23,707 nucleotides of DNA, taken from positions 1 through 23,707 of the forward strand of contig NZ_JAYKGW010000241.1 in the NCBI RefSeq assembly GCF_035285525.1, in the 5' to 3' direction. Source of the DNA: Okeania sp. GTDB lineage: Bacteria; Cyanobacteriota; Cyanobacteriia; Cyanobacteriales; Microcoleaceae. The number at the start of each line of letters is the position of its first letter. Within the stretch, counting starts at the first letter, position 1. This document shows positions 1 through 9,306 of this stretch, piece after piece. The position numbers and the translations under genes were made by a program. Under the pieces are notes generated by a model that saw only the letters and a list, made by a program, of their open reading frames with translations, was not told the origin of the DNA and did not search any database.

Positions 1-236
1 ATTTACAGGTACAGGTGTCGGAACTACTGGTTGACTTACCCCTTGATTTACAGGTACAGGTGTCGGAACTACTGGTTGACTTACCCCTTGATTTACAGGT
101 ACAGGTGTCGGAGCTACTGGTTGACTTACCACTACTGGTGCTGTCGGAGCTACTGGTTGACTTACAGGTACAGGTGTCGGAGCTACTGGTTGACTTACCT
201 CTTGACTTACAGGTACAGGTGTTGGTGTATCAGTAA
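1..236 (-). repeat. 45-bp (15-codon) tandem repeat inside the sir 3' extension, encoding Pro/Val-rich repeats ([15 protein letters not shown] and variants)
   Basis: The unit atttacaggtacaggtgtcggaactactggttgacttaccccttg recurs at 1, 46 and 91, then as shortened or variant copies to about 236. The period is a multiple of 3 and in frame with sir. The array continues past the window edge. Confidence 0.85.
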
Positions 237-2307
237 AAGTAGAACTATTTACAGGCTGAGTTTCAGTAGTTACTCCTTCAGTGGTATTTGTCGTCGTTTG
301 ATTCACAACAGTATTTAATGGAGTTACCAATGTACCACCATCAATATTAGTAGGTGAATTGACTGGAGAATTAATAGAACTCTCTTGCTGATTATTTTCC
401 AGATTTGTTGTACTTATCTGTTGCTCTGGAAGTTTAGTCTCTGGAGTCGTCTGAGTAACATTTGTAATTACTGGAATATTCTTTTCAGAATTGACTGAAG
501 TAAAACTTGGATTGTTAATATCTGTATTCATCGAGAAACTAGATTGATTGTTGGTTACAAACTTACGGATGGCTTCAATACCGACACGATTACAGAAATC
601 ACCGAAACTCTCATCTGGTTGCCGTTGTTGCTTGAAATAAATAAAGATTCGCTCCAACTCAGCTTCCAAATTATTGATATGCAGTTTGTCAATATAAGGT
701 TTTGCTAGTCGTGTTTGATTAGGCGAACCCCCTAACCAAATCTGATAAGCATCAGGAGCACTACCAACAAATCCTAATTCCGCCATATAGGGTCTAGCAC
801 AGCCATTTGGACATCCTGTCATTCTAATTACAAAATGCTCCTGTCCTAGTCCCACCTTGTCCAACAATAACCTAATTTGTCCCAGTATGCCAGGTAAGGC
901 CCTCTCTGATTCTGTAATAGCAAGTCCACAAGTAGGTAAAGCAGGACAGGCCATACTATACCGGACTAAGGGATCAATCTCTTTTTCTATTCTGATACCA
1001 TGCTGAGAGAATATTTTTTCTATTGCTTGTTGCTGCTGTGGTTTAATTTCGTAGAGAATGATATTATGGTTAGCTGTTAAAAGCATAGGTAGCTTAAACA
1101 AACCAACTAATTTTCGTATAGCTGTCTTTAACTGAGATGTATCGTCATCTTTTACCCGACCATTTTCTACTGAAATTCCTAAAAATAGGTTTCCATCTCC
1201 CTGTTCATGCCATCCTAGAAAGTCAAAATATTTCCATTCTGGCAAAGGTCTGAAGGGAGCAATAGACTTGCCAAAATATTCTACTACCTTAGCCTTAAAT
1301 TTTTCTACTCCCCAGTCATGGATTAAATATTTCATTCTAGCATGACGACGTTGAGAGCGATCGCCATAATCTCTTTGAGTAGCTACTATAGCTTTAACGA
1401 AATTAAATATATCTTCTTTGGGGATATATCCAATTTCTTGAGCTAGACAAGGGAAAGTTTCTTCTTTTCTATGAGTACGACCTAAGCCACCACCTGCTAA
1501 AACATTAAATCCTTCTAATTCTCCGGCTTGATTAGTAATTACAACTAGACTAACATCCTGAGTATATAGGTCTATGGAATTATCCCCTGGAACTGTTACT
1601 GCACACTTAAATTTTCTGGGCATATAGTGAGTACCATAAATAGGCTCTTCACTATTGGGAAATATTGTACCATTAATATTAAGTTGTCTAGCCGCTTTTA
1701 CCTCTGGAGCTTCTTCTGCACTAATTACTTTTTCTCCATCCAGCCAAATTTCATAATATGCTCCTGTTTGAGGTGTTAATAAATCTGCTATTTTATTAGC
1801 ATAATCTCTAGCATATTCATATTCAGGACGATTTTTATAAGGAGCTGGGGGAGACATAACATTTCTGTTTAAATCTCCACAAGCACCTAATGTCGAACCC
1901 ATACTTTTAATAATGGATGATATGACATATTTCAGATTTTTCTTTAATACTCCATGCAACTGAAAACCTTGTCTAGTTGTTACCCGAAGCGTACCATTAC
2001 CATACTCATTAGATAATTGATTTAAGGTGAGAAAAAGTTGTGGCGGAATAAACCCACCTGGGTTCCGGGTGCGAAGCATCATTTGATAATCTTTCTCTTG
2101 CCCTTTAATTCTATTATCTCTATTATCTTGTTGATAAGAACCGTGAAATTTTAGTATTTGAATAGCTTCTTCCGTGAAGTGAGTTGTTTCTTCCAGCAGT
2201 TGGGTTGCCAGGGGTTCCCGTAAGAAATTACTATTTTCTTTTATTCCTTCTACTTTAGAAGTTTTCTGAGCTATATTTGTGGTTGAAATTTGAGATGGGA
2301 TTGTCAT
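1..2307 (-). CDS. sir: ferredoxin-sulfite reductase (siroheme/[4Fe-4S]); 3'-partial, because the reading frame is still open at the window edge
   Basis: Absent from the supplied ORF track because no stop codon lies inside the window. The minus-strand ATG is the complement of cat at 2305-2307. Plus-strand triplets in phase 1 contain no tta/cta/tca from 1 to 2307, giving 769 codons. The translation starts MTIPSQIST and contains [47 protein letters not shown] and [22 protein letters not shown]. The last two are the Cys clusters of plant/cyanobacterial ferredoxin-sulfite reductase. The conserved part ends near ...[14 protein letters not shown] (about nt 560). Confidence 0.9.
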   Translation of the reverse strand, partial: MTIPSQISTTNIAQKTSKVEGIKENSNFLREPLATQLLEETTHFTEEAIQILKFHGSYQQDNRDNRIKGQEKDYQMMLRTRNPGGFIPPQLFLTLNQLSNEYGNGTLRVTTRQGFQLHGVLKKNLKYVISSIIKSMGSTLGACGDLNRNVMSPPAPYKNRPEYEYARDYANKIADLLTPQTGAYYEIWLDGEKVISAEEAPEVKAARQLNINGTIFPNSEEPIYGTHYMPRKFKCAVTVPGDNSIDLYTQDVSLVVITNQAGELEGFNVLAGGGLGRTHRKEETFPCLAQEIGYIPKEDIFNFVKAIVATQRDYGDRSQRRHARMKYLIHDWGVEKFKAKVVEYFGKSIAPFRPLPEWKYFDFLGWHEQGDGNLFLGISVENGRVKDDDTSQLKTAIRKLVGLFKLPMLLTANHNIILYEIKPQQQQAIEKIFSQHGIRIEKEIDPLVRYSMACPALPTCGLAITESERALPGILGQIRLLLDKVGLGQEHFVIRMTGCPNGCARPYMAELGFVGSAPDAYQIWLGGSPNQTRLAKPYIDKLHINNLEAELERIFIYFKQQRQPDESFGDFCNRVGIEAIRKFVTNNQSSFSMNTDINNPSFTSVNSEKNIPVITNVTQTTPETKLPEQQISTTNLENNQQESSINSPVNSPTNIDGGTLVTPLNTVVNQTTTNTTEGVTTETQPVNSSTFTDTPTPVPVSQEVSQPVAPTPVPVSQPVAPTAPVVVSQPVAPTPVPVNQGVSQPVVPTPVPVNQGVSQPVVPTPVPVN

Positions 2308-2309
2308 TT

Positions 2310-2342
2310 CAGTTATCAGTTATCAGTTATCAGTCATCAGTT
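2310..2342. repeat. STRR-type heptamer repeat (CAGTTAT)n immediately upstream of the sir start codon
   Basis: The sequence cagttatcagttatcagttatcagtcatcag directly follows cat(2305-2307)ttt on the plus strand. Confidence 0.9.
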
Positions 2343-3125
2343 CCTCCTGGAATAAAGAGGCTTGAAATACTGAAGTTTGTTTCTTCTTGTTAGATTGGAT
2401 ATAGCGAGGTATCCTCGCCATCCCTCGACCGCTTTTCATCTTCATTTAAAAAAGAAGATTGAGACCTTATTTTTGGTCATTGGTGAAAGTAAGAATTGCT
2501 AATATTTTATTTCTATTTGTTAGTATAGTTACTGTCTGAATATTCCTTTTAAGTCACCAACAATTAGAAACTTAATTTTAGCTTTTTTTTATTTATAGAT
2601 AATTTGCTTTATTTTGATAATCTCTTGACTTTAGCATTTTTAATAATTTACCATTACTCTACCAATAATTCAACAGTTTTTTATTATACTCTCATATATA
2701 TGTACTTTGTCAACAACATCTACTGTAAGCTCTCAGCTCAAGCGCAATAAAAATGAATGAAGTCAGCTTTTTTTTACTTCTACCAAATTTTCAACCATCA
2801 ATCTGAGTTATTAAACCATATAATTAATCTATGGTAGAAAATTATAGATATATTTCAAAAGCTAAGAGAGCTTTTTCGCTGACTACTGAATACTTATAGT
2901 CATTTTAGTTTATACTGATGCAATAATTTCTTACTGTCAAAGGATTTTAACTAAAAAAATGTTTCATTCTTACTTAAAATGACTATACCATCTATTATTT
3001 TGTAGCTTTACTTGATTTTTCAATATAAAAATTAGATAAAACAATTAATTCTACTTAATTTTATAATGTCAATGATTAATCATAGTAGTTAAGCATTCAG
3101 CTATTAGCTGTCAACTCTTCCTACA

Positions 3126-3270
3126 GAATGCACTCCCATTCAGCAATCAAAATCTCAAGCTTAAAGAGATTACTTAAACGAAGATAGACCTAAAAACTCG
3201 CTAATGAAAAGTCTTTTATCACAAACTAAAAGCAATAGCTAATAGCTGACTGCTGAATGGGAGTGCATTC
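3126..3270. repeat. 145-bp element bounded by a perfect 20-bp inverted repeat (MITE-like, or a long stem-loop)
   Basis: GAATGCACTCCCATTCAGCA at 3126-3145 is the exact reverse complement of TGCTGAATGGGAGTGCATTC at 3251-3270, with 105 nt between them. Small palindromes of the CAGCTATTAGCTG / CAGCTAATAGCTG type sit next to each arm. Confidence 0.6.
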
Positions 3271-3315
3271 CGCAGAAAATGCTTACCATATTAGTTAAAA
3301 ATTTTCAATAGAAAA

Positions 3316-3573
3316 ATGCCTAATTCACTAATGTACGAAGCAGAAAACTATGTAGTATTAGAGTCAAATCAACCAGAGCAATTTATGACAAGTATAGAAC
3401 TACTAGAAAAATTGCGACTTATTTTAGCTCAACAACAAGATAGTTTGCCTAGAGATTTACAAAAATTATCTTCCCTAGATGCTCAAGCTCAAAAACTAAG
3501 AGATACTTATTGTCAGTATCAAGTGAGCAATGGTAAATTTATCCAATGGTATGTGGTGCGTCTGGAAAAGTAG
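3316..3573 (+). CDS. conserved hypothetical small protein (85 aa)
   Basis: This is the only long ORF here. Its composition is non-repetitive, helical-looking and charged (…ELLEKLRLILAQQQDSLPRDLQKL…FIQWYVVRLEK). It converges with the next gene. I do not recognise a family. Confidence 0.55.
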   Translation: MPNSLMYEAENYVVLESNQPEQFMTSIELLEKLRLILAQQQDSLPRDLQKLSSLDAQAQKLRDTYCQYQVSNGKFIQWYVVRLEK

Positions 3574-3762
3574 GTTGAAAACTACTCAATTTTTTCTAGT
3601 CATAGAAAATTTTACAGTAGATTTCCGGCATTAAGATGCACAGGGTAAGTGGTAAAAATCTTATAGTGCGGGAATTTTGCCCGTATGGGGGTGTACTTCA
3701 CGGGCAACAGAAAGCTCTGTAATTTATGGAGTTTTCAATCTCAGACAATTTAGATGATATAA

Positions 3763-4353
3763 TTATGTTTTTTGTTCTTCTTCAGTCGTTATCAGAGCCA
3801 CATCAATCTTTCCCTCTGTCGGTTGGCTTACTTCTGCCTGCAAATTTGGCCCGAAAAATTTTGATAATTTGTCTTCTTTTGCCTGCCAAGTTTCTAGAGG
3901 AATTAATGAAGAATCAAATTCTAGCACTAGAGTATAATAACCATTAATAACTATTTCTCTTATTCCTTGGAGTATTGGTCTTTCCTCATTTGTGGGACTT
4001 AAACCTAAGCGCTCCAGAGATTCTTCTAAATGAACTTTTTGGCCATACCTATAACGAGTCACATCTTGACGTAGTTGATTTTGGATAGGAGTAGCTTGTT
4101 TGTCTCTAAGAGCTAGAACTTCTTTAGTGGTTGGTTGAGTAAAAGGTGTTGGTTCAAGTTCAGCAGCTTTCAGAGCAAGTCCTCCAAGAAGCAGGGGTAT
4201 TCCATAAAAAAATCCAGCTAGGTTAAGTGTGGCATTATTAGTAAAGTAAGCTGCTGTTCCAATTGCAGAAATAACTCCACCTAAAACCAATCCTACTGTC
4301 GCTAATGAAATTTGACCTAGCATATCATTCTTATTAAGTAAATATAATTTCAA
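3763..4353 (-). CDS. small membrane protein with two N-terminal TM helices plus a soluble domain; resembles the cyanobacterial/plastid DUF2854 family (assignment from memory, unverified)
   Basis: 196-aa ORF. Hydrophobic helices are ISLATVGLVLGGVISAIGTAAYF and LAGFFYGIPLLLGGLALKAA, followed by a charged soluble C-terminal part. The start could instead be the internal Met at MLGQISL. Confidence 0.7.
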   Translation of the reverse strand: MKLYLLNKNDMLGQISLATVGLVLGGVISAIGTAAYFTNNATLNLAGFFYGIPLLLGGLALKAAELEPTPFTQPTTKEVLALRDKQATPIQNQLRQDVTRYRYGQKVHLEESLERLGLSPTNEERPILQGIREIVINGYYTLVLEFDSSLIPLETWQAKEDKLSKFFGPNLQAEVSQPTEGKIDVALITTEEEQKT

Positions 4354-4937
4354 AGTTTTAACACTGAACTACTTTTTGTATAAGCTATGAGGTAATTACA
4401 AGTTGGTAATTTTCACAGATACTTTACTCTTACCATAATTTTGGGTCAACTTTTTCTTTTTCCTCTAATTTTTTCTTGGCAAGTTATTCAGTTGTAAGAT
4501 TTTGGTCAATGAATATTTTGAACCTCTGAAAATTAGATGTGTTTACTTACAGTAAATGAGTTAGACTAAATTAATGTATGGAAGTAGTAACAAGTAACAG
4601 ATTATTTATCTGAATCCCACTATCTCTTGTCCCCTTGTCAAAATTGATTAAATAAAGTAAAAAACGCACAAAAATCTAAAATTAAGATACAATTACCGAA
4701 AAATTCGGTTTAAAGCCTGGCTCTAAAAGGGCGACTTTCTGTGCTACAATAATATTGGTTTTAACAGCCACCTTGTCTCATAAATACAGCAGAAAAAAGG
4801 AAGTTCTAAATCACAAAGACCTAATTTTTTCAGGATTAGTTTTGACACCAATATCCTTCACTCGTAAGAGTGAAGCTATAACTATCTTAAGTTTGCTCAA
4901 TGTTGAGTAGGTTGAGGAAAGTTAAATGTTTCACTAG

Positions 4938-4961
4938 GTAAGTAAGTAAGTAAGTAAGTAA
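4938..4961. repeat. tetranucleotide microsatellite (GTAA)6
   Basis: Six perfect copies, gtaagtaagtaagtaagtaagtaa, lie 19 nt upstream of the candidate small ORF at 4980. Confidence 0.95.
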
Positions 4962-4979
4962 TCATATCACGAATTTACA

Positions 4980-5153
4980 ATGGACTCACAAATAATCAAA
5001 GTCAGATTAGCTACTATTGAAAATAAGCGAGAATCTTTAGTAAAACTTCTCGAAAAGCCAGATTTAGGTACACTCAGAATTGATGTTAATCAAGCATTAG
5101 AAGAAATTGATGATTTGATTGATGAATTAAAGCGGACTTTTCCAGATTCTTAA
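4980..5153 (+). CDS. candidate 57-aa coiled-coil-like small protein (below the cutoff of the ORF track)
   Basis: ATG at 4980 and TAA at 5151-5153. Translation: MDSQIIKVRLATIENKRESLVKLLEKPDLGTLRIDVNQALEEIDDLIDELKRTFPDS. It is amphipathic and non-repetitive, and it is the longest open frame I noticed by eye in an otherwise stop-dense AT-rich 2 kb. There is no clear SD. Confidence 0.35.
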   Translation: MDSQIIKVRLATIENKRESLVKLLEKPDLGTLRIDVNQALEEIDDLIDELKRTFPDS

Positions 5154-6307
5154 TTAATGCATAATTGATAATAAAAACTATCTCTAAAGAGAACAGGAAA
5201 TAGGGAACAGTAAACAATAAAAAATAGAACTAAATTAAATATTAAACTTTTAAAAGGCAGGATTTCTAGGTACTCAAAACAGGATTTTTTACTAGACAAA
5301 ACCTAAATCTAGATTTACATTTCGTTGAAAAATGCTATATCAAAGAAAGCATTCAGCCGTCAACTATCAGCTAACAGCAACGAGTTATTGATTCATTATT
5401 CTCGAAGGAGAAATTATTTTAACTCCGGAAAGTTAAAGAATATCGTAACTCAGGAAAAGCTGAATCTATAATAGCTAAATGTTTACAGCTTTTTTTAGTT
5501 CTGAAAAAGTACAAGTTTTTAAGCGGCTTAGGTAAAGTTCCCGAAAAATCAAAAAGTTAGTCTAAAATTCTAACTAATCATAGCATAAAAATTAAGTTAC
5601 AATTATTCTATAACTTCTATATTCCCCTCCCAGGAGGAGTTAGGGGTGGGTTGACTCCCTACTCCCTCCCTCAACCCAAAGACTTTCCAAAAGCGGGTCG
5701 TCAGCGGAGCTTCCCGAAGGGTGAGATAGATAGGTTCCCTAGCCATTTCTAATCGACCAAGAAAAATCAACTTTTTCCTTTTATTCAATCCTCTTCCTTT
5801 TAGGGCTATGCTTTATAAACATCTTTCTTAACATAAAACTTGACAAACTTGACAAGTTATGTATCAGTCTTAGTTCTGCTTTTTCGAGAGAAAAATGTTT
5901 TTTAATACATTTTTTGGCGATCGCTTAAGTATTTTTATTTAGCTACTATGATTGTTTCTCCTTTCTCCCCTGGGAGGGTTTAGGGGTCTATCCCACAAGG
6001 GTTTCAGGAATTCCTTCCTGATCGGGGATAGTTTTTAGGGAGAAGTAATTATTAATTATCCATTATTGAATACTATTCCCTACTTCCCATTTCTATAAAG
6101 ATTTCAATATTTATTTTTCAGAAATAGCTTTTCCCACAGGAGAGTTTTAACACAAAATTTATCAGCAAATATAGCAGCAGGCAAAAGGCAGAAAGAAAAA
6201 TTTTGCTTCCTCTAGGTTTTAGGCTTTTGATTTGTCCTAACTTTTTTTCTTAGCGTAAATTCTACATCTACTGAAATTAGCAATGACAAAAATATACAAA
6301 TAAAAAA

Positions 6308-8506
6308 ATGGATGATATTGAAAAGGATTTACAAAGATGGAAGAAAGAGCAAGAACTCATCCTTAACCAAATAGATAATGGCATTGCTCTCTTCAATAAT
6401 TCTCATCACCTAATTCTATTTAATCACAAACTGTCTGAAATTTGGGGATTATTACCAGAGTGGCTAAAAACAAAACCTCATAGCAATGACATCTTTGCCG
6501 AAATAGTTGCTCAAGGTTATTGGTCAACCCAACAACGTCAACAACTACAAAACTGTCTCCTCAAAATCAAAACCGAAAATCAAATACTATACATAGAACA
6601 ATCTAATAAAATTTCCCTGAAAGTAGACTGCACCATTACATCAGACAGAAGTTATCTATTAACCTTTCGAGATATAAGTATATATCAACAGTCTCAAACT
6701 AGCCTCAATGCAGAAGTAAAAAGATTAACATTTCTCCTTGGCCTCAACGAACGACTCCAATACTCAGATAGCTTAAGAGAAATAGCCCAATTTGCCCTTA
6801 ATTATCTCGTAGAAGTAATGAATGCTGCCTTTGGCGATGTCAAAGTTATCAATGGGAAAGGAAAAAAACGTCAAGCAGGACCAATCTCTAATCAAATTAC
6901 TTCTCAATTTATTGCTACCTATGGCAAACCAGCAGTAGCTGAAATGGAAAAATTGTTGCAAAAAGGTATTCCTTATGGTAGAGGACTTTTGTGGGAAGTC
7001 GTCGAGAGCAGCAAACCTATATATGTTGAAAATTATGCTCATCAACCCAATTCAATACCAGGATTTCGTCATCCAGGAATTGGTCAACTAGGAATTTTTC
7101 CAATCCCAGCCACAGATGGGACAATTATTGGTGTTTTGACTTTAGAATCTCGTAACCTGCGAAAACTACAAGAAGCCCCCCAAAAAGATATGTTATTTGC
7201 AGCTTGTCGTACTTTAGGAGTAGCAATAGAAAGAGCCCAGTCTCAAGAACGTCTACGTCAAATTAATGAAGAATTAGAACGTTCTTCTCAATTAAAATCA
7301 GAATTTTTGGCTTCTATGTCCCATGAATTGAGAACCCCGCTTAATAGTATTTTAGGGTTTTCTGATTTATTACAACGACAAGCATCCGAACCATTAAGCG
7401 ATCGCCAGCTTAATCAAGTTAGACTAATTCAAAAAAGTGGTCAACATTTATTAGGGTTAATTAACGATATTCTCGATTTATCTAAGATAGAGTCAGGGAA
7501 AACAGAGCTAAGTTTAGAGTTAATTAATATTCACGAAGTTTGTACAGATTGTTTAAGAATGATTCAGCCACGAGCTGATAAAAAAAGATTGGCTTTATCT
7601 TTAGAATTAGATTATCGCATATCTGAAGCTTATCTTGATCGGCGTCGGGTGAGACAAATAATTATTAATTTACTTTCTAATGCTATTAAGTTTACACCAG
7701 AAGGAGGAAAGGTTAAACTTAGCGGAAGTTTAGCTTATGGTAGTCAAATTCAAGGTGATTATCGACCTGATTGTTCTCCAATTAATTCTAGTACACCTTA
7801 TTTATGTTTAGAGGTAAAAGATTCTGGTATTGGTATTCCCCAAGATAGATGGGAAATGTTATTTAGACCTTTTCAACAAGTTGATTCTTCTTTATCTAGA
7901 AAACATGAAGGTACAGGTTTAGGTTTAGCTTTGACAAAAAGATTAGCAGAATTACATGGTGGAACTATTTCTTTAGATTCTCAAGTTAATAAAGGTAGCA
8001 CTTTCCGGGTGTGGTTGCCATTAACAGAAATGCGCCAGGAGTTAACAGTTAGTTCTGTTCCGAAAAATGACGATCAAGTATCTTCAGAGAGTGATACTGA
8101 GAAAAGATTAGAAACTGAAAAGTCTGTTAGGATTTTAATAGTTGAAGATCAGCCTTATAACCAACTTTTAATTTCTCAAGTATTGGAGTTAGAGGGATAT
8201 GAAGTTGAGTTAATTAGTGATGGTAAAACTATGTTGAATATGATTAATTCTCCTCTGGTTATTTCTCCAAATTTACCAAATTTAATTTTGATGGATATTC
8301 AGTTACCGGAGGTTGATGGGTTAGAATTAATTAAGAAAATTAAGAATAATTCTATATGGCAATATGTACCAGTTATTGCTGTAACTGCTATGGCAATGGT
8401 GGGCGATCAAGAAAAATGTTTAAATGCTGGTGCATTGGCTTATCTTAGTAAACCTTTAAATATTGAAGAGATGGTTTCCACTGTAAAATCTTTGTTGAGT
8501 AATTAG
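6308..8506 (+). CDS. hybrid sensor histidine kinase (PAS - GAF - HisKA - HATPase_c - receiver)
   Basis: 732 aa. H-box is SHELRTPLN. ATPase boxes are LLSNAIKFT, KDSGIGI and GTGLGLALTK. The C-terminal receiver has ILIVEDQ, LILMDIQLPEVDG and SKP. The N-terminal PAS-like segment (IALFNNSHHLILFNHKLSEIWG) and the GAF-like middle region are assigned by pattern only. Confidence 0.9.
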   Translation: MDDIEKDLQRWKKEQELILNQIDNGIALFNNSHHLILFNHKLSEIWGLLPEWLKTKPHSNDIFAEIVAQGYWSTQQRQQLQNCLLKIKTENQILYIEQSNKISLKVDCTITSDRSYLLTFRDISIYQQSQTSLNAEVKRLTFLLGLNERLQYSDSLREIAQFALNYLVEVMNAAFGDVKVINGKGKKRQAGPISNQITSQFIATYGKPAVAEMEKLLQKGIPYGRGLLWEVVESSKPIYVENYAHQPNSIPGFRHPGIGQLGIFPIPATDGTIIGVLTLESRNLRKLQEAPQKDMLFAACRTLGVAIERAQSQERLRQINEELERSSQLKSEFLASMSHELRTPLNSILGFSDLLQRQASEPLSDRQLNQVRLIQKSGQHLLGLINDILDLSKIESGKTELSLELINIHEVCTDCLRMIQPRADKKRLALSLELDYRISEAYLDRRRVRQIIINLLSNAIKFTPEGGKVKLSGSLAYGSQIQGDYRPDCSPINSSTPYLCLEVKDSGIGIPQDRWEMLFRPFQQVDSSLSRKHEGTGLGLALTKRLAELHGGTISLDSQVNKGSTFRVWLPLTEMRQELTVSSVPKNDDQVSSESDTEKRLETEKSVRILIVEDQPYNQLLISQVLELEGYEVELISDGKTMLNMINSPLVISPNLPNLILMDIQLPEVDGLELIKKIKNNSIWQYVPVIAVTAMAMVGDQEKCLNAGALAYLSKPLNIEEMVSTVKSLLSN

Positions 8507-8518
8507 TTAAAGAAAGGA

Positions 8519-8548
8519 GGAAGTAAGAAGTAAGAAGTAAGAAGTAGG
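8519..8548. repeat. heptamer repeat (GAAGTAA)n just after the kinase stop codon
   Basis: ggaagtaagaagtaagaagtaagaagtaggagg. Confidence 0.85.
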
Positions 8549-8620
8549 AGGGAATAAATTATTTATAGTTGTTCAACTTAAGAATGAGACAAGTACTTCT
8601 TGATATAAAAATCCTGTCTT

Positions 8621-8914
8621 TTCTTTTTTCAGAAATAGAGAAATTAGTAATAAGCAATAGATAAAATTTTCAGCATAGATTTCTACTTTTTCATTCCTGT
8701 CAATATAACCAAAGATTGCTATCTGAAAATATTTCATCTAAACAAGTACTTTATTCTTCAATTAAATCACTATAAAAATCCTATTTGATTAGCATCAAAA
8801 ATCCAGCCCTTTCTTTTTTTCAGAAATAGGTAAGTTAGTAATAAGCAATAGATAAAATTTTCCCAATAGATTTCTAGTTTTTGATTCGTGACAATATAAC
8901 CACAGATTGCTATA
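8621..8914. repeat. direct duplication of a 104-bp non-coding block (copies at 8621-8724 and 8811-8914, offset exactly 190 bp)
   Basis: Gap-free alignment gives 92/104 identical positions (tttcttttttcagaaatag..ttagtaataagcaatagataaaattttc..atagatttcta..caatataacca.agattgctat). The flanks (acaagtactt, ataaaaatcct) are also repeated with indels. Confidence 0.85.
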
Positions 8915-9257
8915 TATCTGTCAATGCTGCTATATTTAATTAGTAGTAAGCCATAATTAATTTCCAGACGTTTAAAACCTTTTCTTTCCTTTTAAATTGA
9001 TAATTAGAGATAGTTTTTACTATCCATTATTAATTACAGCTTGCGTATGGAAATATAAAAACATTAACAGATAAAGGTTTTAACCTTTTTTAGTCCTAAA
9101 AAAGTACCTAGTTTTTGGTTATTGCCATCTCCTACAGGGCAGGGTTTTGGCAGTAACAATCAGAAAATTTGGCCGTAGCACATACTCTAAACTGTTCCCA
9201 GTTAAATGTTCCCTATTCCCTTACTTCACTAGCAGACTTTTTCAGCAAACCCTAATT

Positions 9258-9299
9258 ATTAATTATCCATTATTAATTATCCATTATTAATTATCCATT
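9258..9299. repeat. three perfect tandem copies of the 14-mer ATTAATTATCCATT, ending 7 nt before the cyclase start codon
   Basis: The copies are at 9258-9271, 9272-9285 and 9286-9299. One exact copy lies at 6051-6064, upstream of the kinase gene. Related TATCCATTAT(T/C)AATTA copies are near 9021 and 13117. Confidence 0.9.
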
Positions 9300-9306
9300 A
9301 AATAAT

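Noticed and set aside
15-318. Track ORFs 15..236 (+) and 31..318 (+).
   Set aside because: They are antisense to the in-frame sir extension. They stay open only because of the 45-bp repeat, and their products are low-complexity repeat translations.
5603-5788. Track ORF 5603..5788 (-), 61 aa.
   Set aside because: It coincides with a GC-rich hairpin/repeat island. It is open only because GC-rich sequence lacks stop codons, and it has no start context or recognisable motifs.
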